A stretch of 64,000 bases of DNA from Polyangia bacterium (GTDB taxonomy: Bacteria > Myxococcota_A > Polyangia > JAAYKL01). A model generated the notes under the pieces. It searched no databases and was not told the DNA's origin. It saw nothing but the letters and a program-made list of their open reading frames with translations. The stretch covers positions 32,001 to 96,000 of the forward strand of contig JBNKCR010000055.1 in the NCBI GenBank assembly GCA_050287845.1. Reading direction: 5' to 3'. Of this stretch, positions 19,345-28,711 are shown in pieces. The translations under genes were made by a program, and so were the position numbers. Position 1 is the stretch's first letter, and each line of letters starts with the position of its first letter.

Positions 19345-21717
19345 TCAGTTCTGAACATCAATGGTGAATTCATTCACCTTGGTACCAGTGGGATTACCGC
19401 CCCATATCTCAAATCCGGCAAATACGTCTGAGAGATACCAACTGGAATCCAGTTTAAAACCACCATAGTCTTTGGAAGTGGCGTCATCCATCATATCTTT
19501 CAGGTCACAACTGAAGTTCTGGACATCGCTCTTGGCCACGTAAGAAATCACCGGGCGATTGGAGCTAAGAGACGGATAGTCTGGCGAGTTGCCACGGGGA
19601 CCGGCCCATACATCCCAACTCTGACCACAGAAGCTGGCAGATCCCTGAACCGAGCCAATGGGTTGTCTGCCGCCGGGCTTGTGCAGCCACAGCATCGCAA
19701 ATCCGGAAACAGCATCGCCGTATTCTTCGCCACCATATGGCGGGTTGTCGTTGGAGAACCAGATGTCATACGTCACGTTAGAATCGTCAAGTCCGCTGCC
19801 GCTCCATTTAAACGTGCTCTGAGCACTGGAAATGTCACTGATTCGCGATGGAAGATTGTCGGTTCTGGTTGTGGTCAATGCTTTGTTGCCATTCTGTCCT
19901 ACATAAATAGACGGGAAAGACACTGGAACGCCGCCCCCCTGTGAGCTACCGCTGAAATGCGTAATCTCGAAGCTGTTATTTTCGAAAGACAACTCCTGAT
20001 ACCCACTGGTTGACCCCCAATAATTGTTCTGAATGATGTATTCCTTACCGTCAACAGTTACCTGTTTCCTGTCAAAGTTTGCGTCTTCACCACCATCACC
20101 GCCAACTGTTCCTTTCAACGTCATCGGACCAACCTCAAATCCATCAGGGGCATCGTCTTCAGAGTTACCTTCAGCAAAACCAAGTACGCAGAAGTTATAC
20201 TCAGTTGGTGCCTCGCTATCACCAGGTACCAGGAACACCACTGCTGAAATGGGTTCATTGTTGTATGCTTTTCCGGTCCATTCATTCTCATCCAGGTAGG
20301 TGGCTTCCCAACATTTGGTGTTGAACTCAGAATATGGTGCAAAAACCTTCACACCACTGGATGCACCAGCGCCGGTTACCCCGAGGTCATAACACCAACG
20401 CTCATCAGGATTATCTCCCCCATTTTCGGTCTGAATCTGAATACGAATGGTTGCAGACGTCACATTACTGGCGATATTCACTGCGATACCATTTTCCTTG
20501 ACTTCAACTGGTGGCGGACCTTCACCGGTGACGGCACCCGGATCATAGGAGCAGTCTGCAGTGTCCGCATCCTCATTAATATTGAATCCAAGAAGTGCCA
20601 CGGCGTCGTAGGAATCGCCAACAGCGCCCTCTATGCAGAAGTTTTCGGTATCGCCTCTTTTCAGAAAGTCTTTGGGCTCTGCAGTGGTTGCCTCTTCAAG
20701 GGTATCCCCATCAATGTCGTCGCCCACTTCCAGATCGTCAACGCCGGTCCACGCGCAACCGTGCCAATCCCCCGTTTGAACATAGCCATTGCCATTGTCT
20801 GCATCGCCATCACTGTCGCTATCGGAATCGCTGTCAGAATCGCTGTCAGAATCGCTATCCGTATCGGAATCAGAGTCAGTTGGTGTGATTTCCTTGCCAC
20901 CAGTCGCAATCAGACTTTCCAGGCAGAAATCGTACTCAATCTCATCAGTATTGTGTCCGGGAACCAGCAACATAATGGCTTCAATGGGATCTTCTCCGTT
21001 ATATGAATCTCCACCGGCCTCCCAGCAAGCTTCAGTGAGATCATCCCATTTCACGGAGTTGGAACCATCATCAATCGTAGTACAATATTCACCACCACCT
21101 GTGGTCTTCACCTGCAGCCGCAAAGTGAAGCTACCATTCAGGTTGACGTCAACATCAATGCCATCATTATCGCTGGTGGGCTCCCATGAACCTGCTTTAC
21201 TGGAGCCTTCGGCCTGTCCTGCATTCACTCCGAGAATCCCAACAGAGCCCCAATCCTCATCGGCAGCGGTATTGCCGGTAACACAAAGCTCACTGGCACC
21301 TGCCGCAACTCCCTTAAAATCTTCCGGGTCAATTGCAGCGCCGTCAACTTCGCCAGCCGAAGTCCACGCATAGCCATGCGCGGCGCCAGCGCATACGTAC
21401 CCACCAGCCTTGATTTCGAACGATACATTATCACAGGAGTGATCGACGTCACCATCCGAATCACTGTCGCTATCCGAATCACTGTCGCTATCCGAATCAC
21501 TGTCACCATCTGAATCGCTGTCGCTATCCGAATCGCTGTCACCATCCGAATCGCTGTCGCTATCTGAATCGCTATCGCTATCTGAATCGCTGTCGCTATC
21601 TGAATCTGAATCCGAATCGCTATCGGAATCACTGCTGGTGTTAATTGGAGTTTGCGCTGGATCAGAACCGCATGCAGCAAACCACAATACCAAAAATAGA
21701 AATAATAATCGTTTCAT
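19345..21717 (-). CDS. Lipoprotein with D-S stalks, two related unknown domains and a C-terminal GH12-fold domain
   Basis: GGAGG RBS; lipobox [53 protein letters not shown]. Confidence 0.85.
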   Translation of the reverse strand: MKRLLFLFLVLWFAACGSDPAQTPINTSSDSDSDSDSDSDSDSDSDSDSDSDSDSDSDGDSDSDSDSDSDGDSDSDSDSDSDSDSDSDGDVDHSCDNVSFEIKAGGYVCAGAAHGYAWTSAGEVDGAAIDPEDFKGVAAGASELCVTGNTAADEDWGSVGILGVNAGQAEGSSKAGSWEPTSDNDGIDVDVNLNGSFTLRLQVKTTGGGEYCTTIDDGSNSVKWDDLTEACWEAGGDSYNGEDPIEAIMLLVPGHNTDEIEYDFCLESLIATGGKEITPTDSDSDTDSDSDSDSDSDSDSDSDGDADNGNGYVQTGDWHGCAWTGVDDLEVGDDIDGDTLEEATTAEPKDFLKRGDTENFCIEGAVGDSYDAVALLGFNINEDADTADCSYDPGAVTGEGPPPVEVKENGIAVNIASNVTSATIRIQIQTENGGDNPDERWCYDLGVTGAGASSGVKVFAPYSEFNTKCWEATYLDENEWTGKAYNNEPISAVVFLVPGDSEAPTEYNFCVLGFAEGNSEDDAPDGFEVGPMTLKGTVGGDGGEDANFDRKQVTVDGKEYIIQNNYWGSTSGYQELSFENNSFEITHFSGSSQGGGVPVSFPSIYVGQNGNKALTTTRTDNLPSRISDISSAQSTFKWSGSGLDDSNVTYDIWFSNDNPPYGGEEYGDAVSGFAMLWLHKPGGRQPIGSVQGSASFCGQSWDVWAGPRGNSPDYPSLSSNRPVISYVAKSDVQNFSCDLKDMMDDATSKDYGGFKLDSSWYLSDVFAGFEIWGGNPTGTKVNEFTIDVQN
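21450..21640 (-). repeat. (Asp-Ser)n stalk; a second copy at ~20800-20880
   Basis: GATAGC/GATTCG/GACAGC hexamer repeats. Confidence 0.95.
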
Positions 21718-22112
21718 TGCTTTTTTGTCCTCCCAAAAACTTAAGAAGAAAAAGTTAAGCCACCCAATTACGAATGTGGCATGGTTTATTTGAATTATAT
21801 GTTAATTGTCTACTCCAGATTAAGCATGCAAAGCAAAGCTATTCAACATTAACACAACGGTCACCAATTGTGTGGAGAAATTTTGATATTTTCAAAACTC
21901 CAATCCAATTTCGCTACAAAAATCATATTATAAATATTCCCATGATATTTTTTGAACACTCAAATCTTTATTAAATAAAAGAAAAAGCACGGTGAATTTT
22001 CCCAAATGCTCACGTTACAGTCCCAACGCATCGGCAAAAAAGGACAAAATTATTTTTAAATTACATTCACACAGGACAGCGAAATAACAACAATAATTTC
22101 AAGTCATTGTTT

Positions 22113-22639
22113 TTATTTGCAAAAAATAAGGCTGTACCTTCTCCATTTTGCGAATCGCGGCTGATAGAGCGGCCGCATCGCCAACCATATGAAAACAACG
22201 ACTGCACCAATCCGCGCCAAAACCTCAATCATCATTCGAAATCGTGGATAAACGAACCAGTCCACTCGCCTCACAACCATAAAAACACCAATCAGCGTTA
22301 CCGCTGCAACCAGCAATCCGAGCCCAAAGCGCCAGCCGCTGTTCAGCTATCGCGTTTAACCTATCTGCAACGATTCATCCGGCCACCTCGATATTGCCGC
22401 CCCGTGGCAGAATACTTCGCAATTTTTCATAACCACGATGTGCTCTGGCGCTGACCACACCCCTGCACTCTGGCAATCTCGCTGAAGCTCATCTGTTCAA
22501 AGAAGTGCAGATAAATCACTATTAAATTCGTTCCGACTCTGATGAATGTGAATAAACGTCTGCTGAACCGTATCCTGCGACTAAGTATCTGACCGACATC
22601 CATCGGATTCAACATTCTAATCCGCGCATTCGTGTCCAT
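22113..22639 (-). pseudogene. Remnant of an ECF sigma factor (region 4) and downstream membrane anti-sigma gene
   Basis: VIYLHFFEQMSFSEIARVQGC, then a frameshift near 22460 into SARAHRGYEKLRSIL (stop 22375); overlapping ATG starts MNRCR-stop; followed by a two-TM fragment (22113..22316). Confidence 0.7.
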
Positions 22640-22751
22640 TTCACCGCATTCTCTACTCCCTGTGTTGATAGTGCATGCCGTCTATTCGGCGTTCGCAGGG
22701 AGTACGCGGCATCCCGGAAAGTGTTAAAAATGAAAAATCAGTGGAGGAAGG

Positions 22752-23657
22752 TCAATCCGAAACGATTGCGCAAAAATCTCCGAAGCTACTCTCGCACGAC
22801 ACAGGACATGCATGGCAATACAGGCATTCCATCAACTTTTCATAGTCCACCACACCATCAGGGTGAGTGGCATAGCAATCGTTCACACAAATCTGTTTGC
22901 CAATTTCCGTGGGTTTGGCGTCGCATTCCTTTACACAGAGTCGAAGCCCTGTACATAATTCATTCGCGTCACAAATTTCAACCGCAGCAATGCATGTCGA
23001 CTCCAGGGCGCAGGGAACGCAGTCAGCAAGACAACTGGTTGCACCCGGGTCACATCCCTGTCCGCCGCCACAATCTCCGTTATCCATAAAACATTCAACG
23101 TTGTTGCAGATTTCATTGCACACGCCGTTGCCGAGCATCACGTTGCCGCAACCGGGGGAACACTCAACCACGTCATCGCAATCGCCGCCATCATCACCAC
23201 ACCCTTCACCCAGACACTGATAATTGCACTCCCCGTCACCAATCATATCCGCGTCACATCCAGGTACGCACCCATGAACCGGACTGGTCCCGCAATCACC
23301 GCCATCAAAGTCACAGACGTCCACATTGCAGGGGGCATTGCAAACGCCATCGTTTATATCATTTATAAGACAATCATCCGCACAGTGCTCATTGTCACAA
23401 TCGCCATCATCAAACCCGCAAGGCAAATTCTTGCATGCCACGTCGCAGGCGCCGTTGCCCCGCATAGCGTCCATACAGCCTTCATTACACACCATGGGAA
23501 TTTCAGTGGAACTCCCAGTTTCTGAATCTTCGCCCCCACCATTGCCTTTGGAGTAGTCATCCAGACCCGAAATCTGAGCGCAACCGGAAACTGCCCCAAT
23601 TGCCATTGCGCCAATGAAACCCGCCACAACAGTAGAGAATCGAACTCGATTGTACAT
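22752..23657 (-). CDS. Cys-rich lipoprotein with four Lin12/Notch (LNR)-like repeats
   Basis: Lipobox VSGC; four units C-x3-C-x5-(G/N)(N/D)GxC-x3-C-x4-C-x2-DxGDC at 23070-23489; further Cys-rich C-terminal domain. Confidence 0.85.
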   Translation of the reverse strand: MYNRVRFSTVVAGFIGAMAIGAVSGCAQISGLDDYSKGNGGGEDSETGSSTEIPMVCNEGCMDAMRGNGACDVACKNLPCGFDDGDCDNEHCADDCLINDINDGVCNAPCNVDVCDFDGGDCGTSPVHGCVPGCDADMIGDGECNYQCLGEGCGDDGGDCDDVVECSPGCGNVMLGNGVCNEICNNVECFMDNGDCGGGQGCDPGATSCLADCVPCALESTCIAAVEICDANELCTGLRLCVKECDAKPTEIGKQICVNDCYATHPDGVVDYEKLMECLYCHACPVSCESSFGDFCAIVSD

Positions 23658-23671
23658 CAGCTTCCCCCTAT

Positions 23672-24766
23672 TCAGAATTTCCCGACAACCACCAGCGCAC
23701 CCGTTCTCTCAATGATCAATGGCACCAGATGAACCGCCGTAAGCTTTTCTTTTCGTTTGCGACCCACCAGATACAGCACGAGACCGGTACCGGCAACCAC
23801 CACACCGCCCGCCAGAAAAATATTTGCGGACACGCCGTACCCCATTGCATTGTCATACGCCTCCATCTCTTCTGCGCCACTGCACTCCCGGGTACTGGAA
23901 TCACATAAATCCTTCACATCCTGCGTTTTCGAGAGCGACATGCCCCCCATGACCCCTCCCAGTACAGTGATAGCACCTCCAACCCCCATCAGCACTGCAC
24001 CGGCAATCCGAAGTTTGCGCCCGTCATTTCTTTCAGTGGACGACATTCTCTCCCTATCGTCGGACCCAGTGGTATTCCTCCCCTGTGCTGACATATGCTC
24101 ATTGTTCAATATCGGAACCGACGATGGCGTCTCGGGAGCCTTCCGAATCTCATCGGTCGGTTGTTCTTGCCCGGCCGGGTTATCCGCAACTTCCGCCGGC
24201 AACTCCTCTACCTCAACAGTGGTCTCATCTCCTCCACTTAAGCGCACATTGCGTTCCAGAAGGGTGGTTTCATCCTGTATTACTGTGAGTTTATGACGCT
24301 TCCCTGCGGTGACTTTAATTGGTCCTTCAAGGGGGATAACGCCTCGTTCCACATCGTCAATTAAAACCCTTGCACCACCGGGTCCACGGACATCCACTGA
24401 CGCAACCATCAGGCGAAGCCGACGAATTTCAGCAAGGACTTCGTCCTTTCGCTCCAAGCCAATTTCATCTCCTCCATCCGCAAGAAACAGCTCAAACGCC
24501 CGTAACGCCAATCCATACCTTTTGGCGGCGGATTCGGCCTGGGCAATATTGAATTGAATTTTCCATGATGGCTTTTCCCGATATGCTTCCCGAAAAGCGT
24601 CTGCGGCGGCGGCGTATTGCTCTTCTGAAAAAAGCTCAGTTCCTCGCTGAAACGCCAACCTGGCGCGGGATTCCGCATCATTGGGAGCAACGCCATCATC
24701 CGCGGCAACAGTTGCGGAACACGCCAGAAGTATCGCGGATAATAAAGTAGAGAATATCGCTATCAT
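23672..24766 (-). CDS. TPR + PEGA-like domain protein with C-terminal Gly-rich hydrophobic segments
   Basis: Signal peptide; ARLAFQRGTELFSEEQYAAAADAFREAY TPR; GARVLIDDVERG..P PEGA-like; C-terminal membrane segments ending GKF. Confidence 0.85.
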   Translation of the reverse strand: MIAIFSTLLSAILLACSATVAADDGVAPNDAESRARLAFQRGTELFSEEQYAAAADAFREAYREKPSWKIQFNIAQAESAAKRYGLALRAFELFLADGGDEIGLERKDEVLAEIRRLRLMVASVDVRGPGGARVLIDDVERGVIPLEGPIKVTAGKRHKLTVIQDETTLLERNVRLSGGDETTVEVEELPAEVADNPAGQEQPTDEIRKAPETPSSVPILNNEHMSAQGRNTTGSDDRERMSSTERNDGRKLRIAGAVLMGVGGAITVLGGVMGGMSLSKTQDVKDLCDSSTRECSGAEEMEAYDNAMGYGVSANIFLAGGVVVAGTGLVLYLVGRKRKEKLTAVHLVPLIIERTGALVVVGKF

Positions 24767-24928
24767 TACTGCTCTCTTCCATTGAATCGTGCGCGGTTCT
24801 TCCTATAAATCTGGATCAGAAACCAGCGTTGTCCAACCGGCGAGATTCAGTATCGACCCAATATGTATTGAATATTGTCCCGCCTTAAACGACCCTTTAC
24901 AGGTTCAATGAAGGTCTGACGACCTTGT

Positions 24929-25336
24929 CTACGTGCGTTCCGGCCGCATCTGGAGGATAGATTTTAATATTTTTCGACTGGCTTCCCCCGGTCGCGCAGA
25001 CGTATTTACGCTGAAAACAAACTCTCTCAACCTCTCCCGTTGTGAATCGCTTCCATGAAGGAACTGCAATCCAAGTCCGCTCCCCATATCCCATATGTCC
25101 TGGCCCGGTATGAAAGACCTGGCTACTCTGGAAATGAAAAGATATGAAGTATCCATGTTGGGCAGCCAGATTTTACAGAGCAGGATTTCCCCAACCTGAA
25201 ACTCCAGCGATGTTCGAATGAACATTCCTCCGGTACTGATATTCTGCATTCGCATCCGAAGCGGTGGATAGAAGGGCGCACTGTAGATCTCAACTGGCAA
25301 TGAAGCAGCTACGCGCATTGGCCGATATTGCTGCAT
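24929..25336 (-). CDS. PilZ domain protein
   Basis: GGAGG RBS; NISTGGMFI, GLGLQF motifs; RxxxR motif degenerate. Confidence 0.85.
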   Translation of the reverse strand: MQQYRPMRVAASLPVEIYSAPFYPPLRMRMQNISTGGMFIRTSLEFQVGEILLCKIWLPNMDTSYLFISRVARSFIPGQDIWDMGSGLGLQFLHGSDSQRERLREFVFSVNTSARPGEASRKILKSILQMRPERT

Positions 25337-25492
25337 GTCGACCTCCTTCTTCTGATTCAATAATAATAACGGAAAAACGACCCGCAATTGTGTCACAAGA
25401 TACCCGTCCGGGTAACCTGGAACTCCACTGAAGGTGCAATCAAATTATTGATTTGGAGGAGACGGCGCTGTGTTCATCTGCTTTGATTGGGT

Positions 25493-25708
25493 CTATCGGG
25501 TTTGCCGCAGTCGCTCAATAAGGACGAACGCCAGGGCGGCGCGTTCGTTCCGTGAAAAAGAGTTTTCAAGTCTCTCCAGTTCAGACTGAATGCGCGGAGA
25601 GGATTCCGGATCTTCGTTGGCAAGATGAAACGCATCGTCCAGTTGTCCCGGTGAAATGCAATAGGCCGATGGACCACCCATTAAACTTCTAGCTGCCATT
25701 CCCATCAC
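25493..25708 (-). CDS. Small hypothetical protein coupled to the HesB/IscA gene
   Basis: GGAGG RBS overlapping the upstream stop; protein-like helical composition. Confidence 0.55.
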   Translation of the reverse strand: MMGMAARSLMGGPSAYCISPGQLDDAFHLANEDPESSPRIQSELERLENSFSRNERAALAFVLIERLRQTR

Positions 25709-25714
25709 ATCCTC

Positions 25715-26035
25715 CTAACATCCAAAGCTGGAACCACACGCACATGCTTTCTGCGCATTCGGATTGGAGATTCTGAATCCGGATTCCACCAGGTCATCAG
25801 AAAAATCGATATGTAGTCCATCGAGATACTGAGCCGAATCCGGATCAGTCACCACTTTCAGTTCATCTTCATGGTAGACTACCTGGTCCCCTTCCCGGAT
25901 GGTATCATCAAGGAGCATACTATACGACATTCCCGCACAGCCTCCCGGAGTTACCGCCAAGCGGAGATAGGCGTCTTTTCCCACTCCGCCGGCACTGAGT
26001 TCCTTTTTTGCTTTATCGCTGATATTCAATTGCAT
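25715..26035 (-). CDS. A-type Fe-S carrier (HesB/IscA/ErpA family)
   Basis: GGCAGMSY, NPNA, CACGSSF; AGGAG RBS. Confidence 0.95.
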   Translation of the reverse strand: MQLNISDKAKKELSAGGVGKDAYLRLAVTPGGCAGMSYSMLLDDTIREGDQVVYHEDELKVVTDPDSAQYLDGLHIDFSDDLVESGFRISNPNAQKACACGSSFGC

Positions 26036-26202
26036 TACTTTCTCCTTAATCAAAATTTGCTCAATCAACTGGAACAAAAATTAAGACCGCAAACAGATGA
26101 GTCAAGTCTGCTGAATAAAAAACTGGTATTCAAATGCCAGAATTATTCCCGAATATTTTCAGCAAATTAAGGTTGATTCAAGATTATATATATAATGCGC
26201 GG

Positions 26203-26868
26203 TTAAAGGAGTTGAAGTTGTATCGGTTTTCCGCCCATATACTCGGTGAGTACGGATTGCGCGAATGTCAGAGTTGTTTCAAGCGCCTGTGGAGTACTGG
26301 TACGGGATTGATACAGCAGTACGAGCGCACCCGATACATTCCCGTCGATGGATGTTCGCAGAGAATCCGATGTGGGAGAACCGAACGGTCCCTCGGTGTC
26401 TGCAACACACATTCGCCCCGCCACGTTGACCCGGGCTTTTCTGATTCCATCAAATCCCCAGCCGTCTTCACCAATCTGTATATGCACCGAAATTCCCCGA
26501 ATTTTCGAAACATCGTACAATCCCACCGGGATCAGATATTTCAGACTTACATAATTCAGCAAATCAACCAGGGGGTGAATGCGGTATACCCCTTTTCCCT
26601 TGATACTCCGACGAAGCAGCGCTTCAGAGGAAGGCCGCGTCTTCGTGGGGTCAATGCCAATCGCCCGGTAGAGCGTCCGGGCATTCTGAATGCCGTCAAT
26701 TTCGCCAACGCTGAAATTTGCATACCGTTCGTGCAGGTTGGTGCTGAGTCCGCTGAACAATTCCCAGATGCGATCGCCGTTGTCTGCGGGCATTTCCATT
26801 CCCGCCATTTCGAGAACTCCGATGCGCAGCATTTCGTGTATTTTTTTGTGCACGTCAACCCGGATCAT
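26203..26868 (-). CDS. Stand-alone B3/4 (PheT editing-like) domain protein
   Basis: GIDPTKTRPSSEALLRR, PLVDLLNYVSL, PVGLYD, GPFGSPTSDS. Confidence 0.88.
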   Translation of the reverse strand: MIRVDVHKKIHEMLRIGVLEMAGMEMPADNGDRIWELFSGLSTNLHERYANFSVGEIDGIQNARTLYRAIGIDPTKTRPSSEALLRRSIKGKGVYRIHPLVDLLNYVSLKYLIPVGLYDVSKIRGISVHIQIGEDGWGFDGIRKARVNVAGRMCVADTEGPFGSPTSDSLRTSIDGNVSGALVLLYQSRTSTPQALETTLTFAQSVLTEYMGGKPIQLQLL

Positions 26869-26915
26869 CAGTAGTCTTCCTTCCAAAAAAACGAATGGTC
26901 CAGTCTAATGCTGAA

Positions 26916-27809
26916 TCAGAACAACAGCAATACCACCCCGGTCAATACCCCCAGAAGGGGAATCATTTTTTTCCGTTTGTTCAATTCACCAAGTAATATT
27001 CCGCCCACCACAAAAGACACCACCACGCTCCCCCGGCGTACGATGGACAGAATAGCGATTAACGCATCCGGATGGCTCAACGCCCGAAAGTAGAGAAAAT
27101 CCGCTATGATAAGAAATATCCCAATCAACAGTATGGAATACCGCCACTCGAACTGAATGGGCGTTCTTGCAAAAAGCCGCGATACGCCTAAAACAGTGCC
27201 GTTCACGATTACCAGATAAAATGAAAACCACACCTGCATGGTAATCGGATCGATACCGATATAATGGAGCAGATATTTATCATACAGCGCGCTGATGGCC
27301 CCGGTGAGTGTGGCAATCGCCACCAGCAGCATCCAGATGTTCCTGGAAAATCGGATGCCTTCCAGCTTACCGACCACTGAAAAAATGTAGTACGACACAA
27401 ACGTGATGCCGATAGCGCCCCAATGCAAGGGCTTCAGGGTTTCGCCAAACAACAGCGTCGCACCAATCAACGTCCATAGCGGGGCGGATGCACGAATAGG
27501 CGACACAATGGAGATGGGCAGGTGTTTCAGCGCAAAAAAGGCGGCAATCCACGATGACGACACAAGGAGGGTCTTTCCCAGTATAAACCCGTGTTGCCGG
27601 ACGGAAGGCAAATCCGCCTGAAGCGTCAAATGATGCATGATGTCCGGCGCGAGGAACGATCCGACAAAAACAGGGATTGTCAGCATCAATGCTGCGCAGT
27701 TTGACAGAAACAGCACTGCGAGCACATTGTTGTCCCGGAGCGACAGCTTTTTACAGATATCATATATGCCCAGAAATAACGCCGAGAGTATACCTGGCAA
27801 GATCCACAT
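26916..27809 (-). CDS. EamA/DMT family transporter
   Basis: About 10 TM helices; ALKHLPISIVSPI, LLFGE, LLGE. Confidence 0.88.
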   Translation of the reverse strand: MWILPGILSALFLGIYDICKKLSLRDNNVLAVLFLSNCAALMLTIPVFVGSFLAPDIMHHLTLQADLPSVRQHGFILGKTLLVSSSWIAAFFALKHLPISIVSPIRASAPLWTLIGATLLFGETLKPLHWGAIGITFVSYYIFSVVGKLEGIRFSRNIWMLLVAIATLTGAISALYDKYLLHYIGIDPITMQVWFSFYLVIVNGTVLGVSRLFARTPIQFEWRYSILLIGIFLIIADFLYFRALSHPDALIAILSIVRRGSVVVSFVVGGILLGELNKRKKMIPLLGVLTGVVLLLF

Positions 27810-27865
27810 TATCTCTTCAACTTCTTTTGTTTCGGTTTCAGATCAATTGAGGTAGCTCATGAATA

Positions 27866-28711
27866 TCAGGAAGTGCAACGAGATTTGGACGCATCCATCG
27901 TGGATTTGAGCTTTTTGGCTTTCGAGGTGAAGGGGCTGGTTTTATAGCGCTTCATCAGCGTATCCACCAGAATGCGCGCATCTGTGCAGTCGCCAAGATT
28001 AAAAAAAGAATCCGCCATTTCATACAATGCCTCAGGCATGAACTCGCTTTTGGGATACAAATCCGCAAAACGGCGCAGGGCTCCCAGGGCTTTCGCATAC
28101 CGCTTCTGAGCGCTGTACGACTGTCCGATGATCAGCTGCAGCTCGTCCAGGTTTCCCGCTTTGGGATATCTGTCCTGATACACCTTCGCCAGAGACCGGA
28201 CTTCGCCGTATCGCTCGTTACTGAATGAAGTCTTAATCATCCGGAAATGATCTGCGGCCTGCGCCGGCACCCGGGACTCATCCACCGGCATATCCAGGCC
28301 AGCTGCCAGCGCAAACTCCACAACCTTTTTATCCGTTTTTTCAACGGACGACTTCACGTTTTCCAGTTCATGAGTGATTTCTGCCACGGCCCCTCGGGAC
28401 TCACTGATGTCATTTTTCAGTGCTTCCATTTCTGCACCGAAATCAGCTGAATTACGGGCCAGCACACGGGTTGCCTTACTGAGGGTTTCATCGAGACTTT
28501 CGACCTGGGCCTGTGCACGGCTGATCATATTTTCAAGTTCAGTCCTGCTGGCGCCGGATTCCTCTTCAAGCTTTGAAAGGCGATCCTGCAGATGCTGCAC
28601 TTCCTGCTTCAGTTGCTCTCCATCATCTCTTGAAGTGAACAGAAAACACCCGTTCAGAAAGAGCGAAGACGCAATGGTTGCGCCCAGCACTGCAATCACG
28701 CGGAATCTCAC
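27866..28711 (-). CDS. cpoB: Tol-Pal system CpoB/YbgF-like coiled-coil + TPR lipoprotein
   Basis: Lipobox LNGC; coiled coil then TPRs (YPKS...EALY); overlaps pal stop. Confidence 0.8.
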   Translation of the reverse strand: MRFRVIAVLGATIASSLFLNGCFLFTSRDDGEQLKQEVQHLQDRLSKLEEESGASRTELENMISRAQAQVESLDETLSKATRVLARNSADFGAEMEALKNDISESRGAVAEITHELENVKSSVEKTDKKVVEFALAAGLDMPVDESRVPAQAADHFRMIKTSFSNERYGEVRSLAKVYQDRYPKAGNLDELQLIIGQSYSAQKRYAKALGALRRFADLYPKSEFMPEALYEMADSFFNLGDCTDARILVDTLMKRYKTSPFTSKAKKLKSTMDASKSRCTS

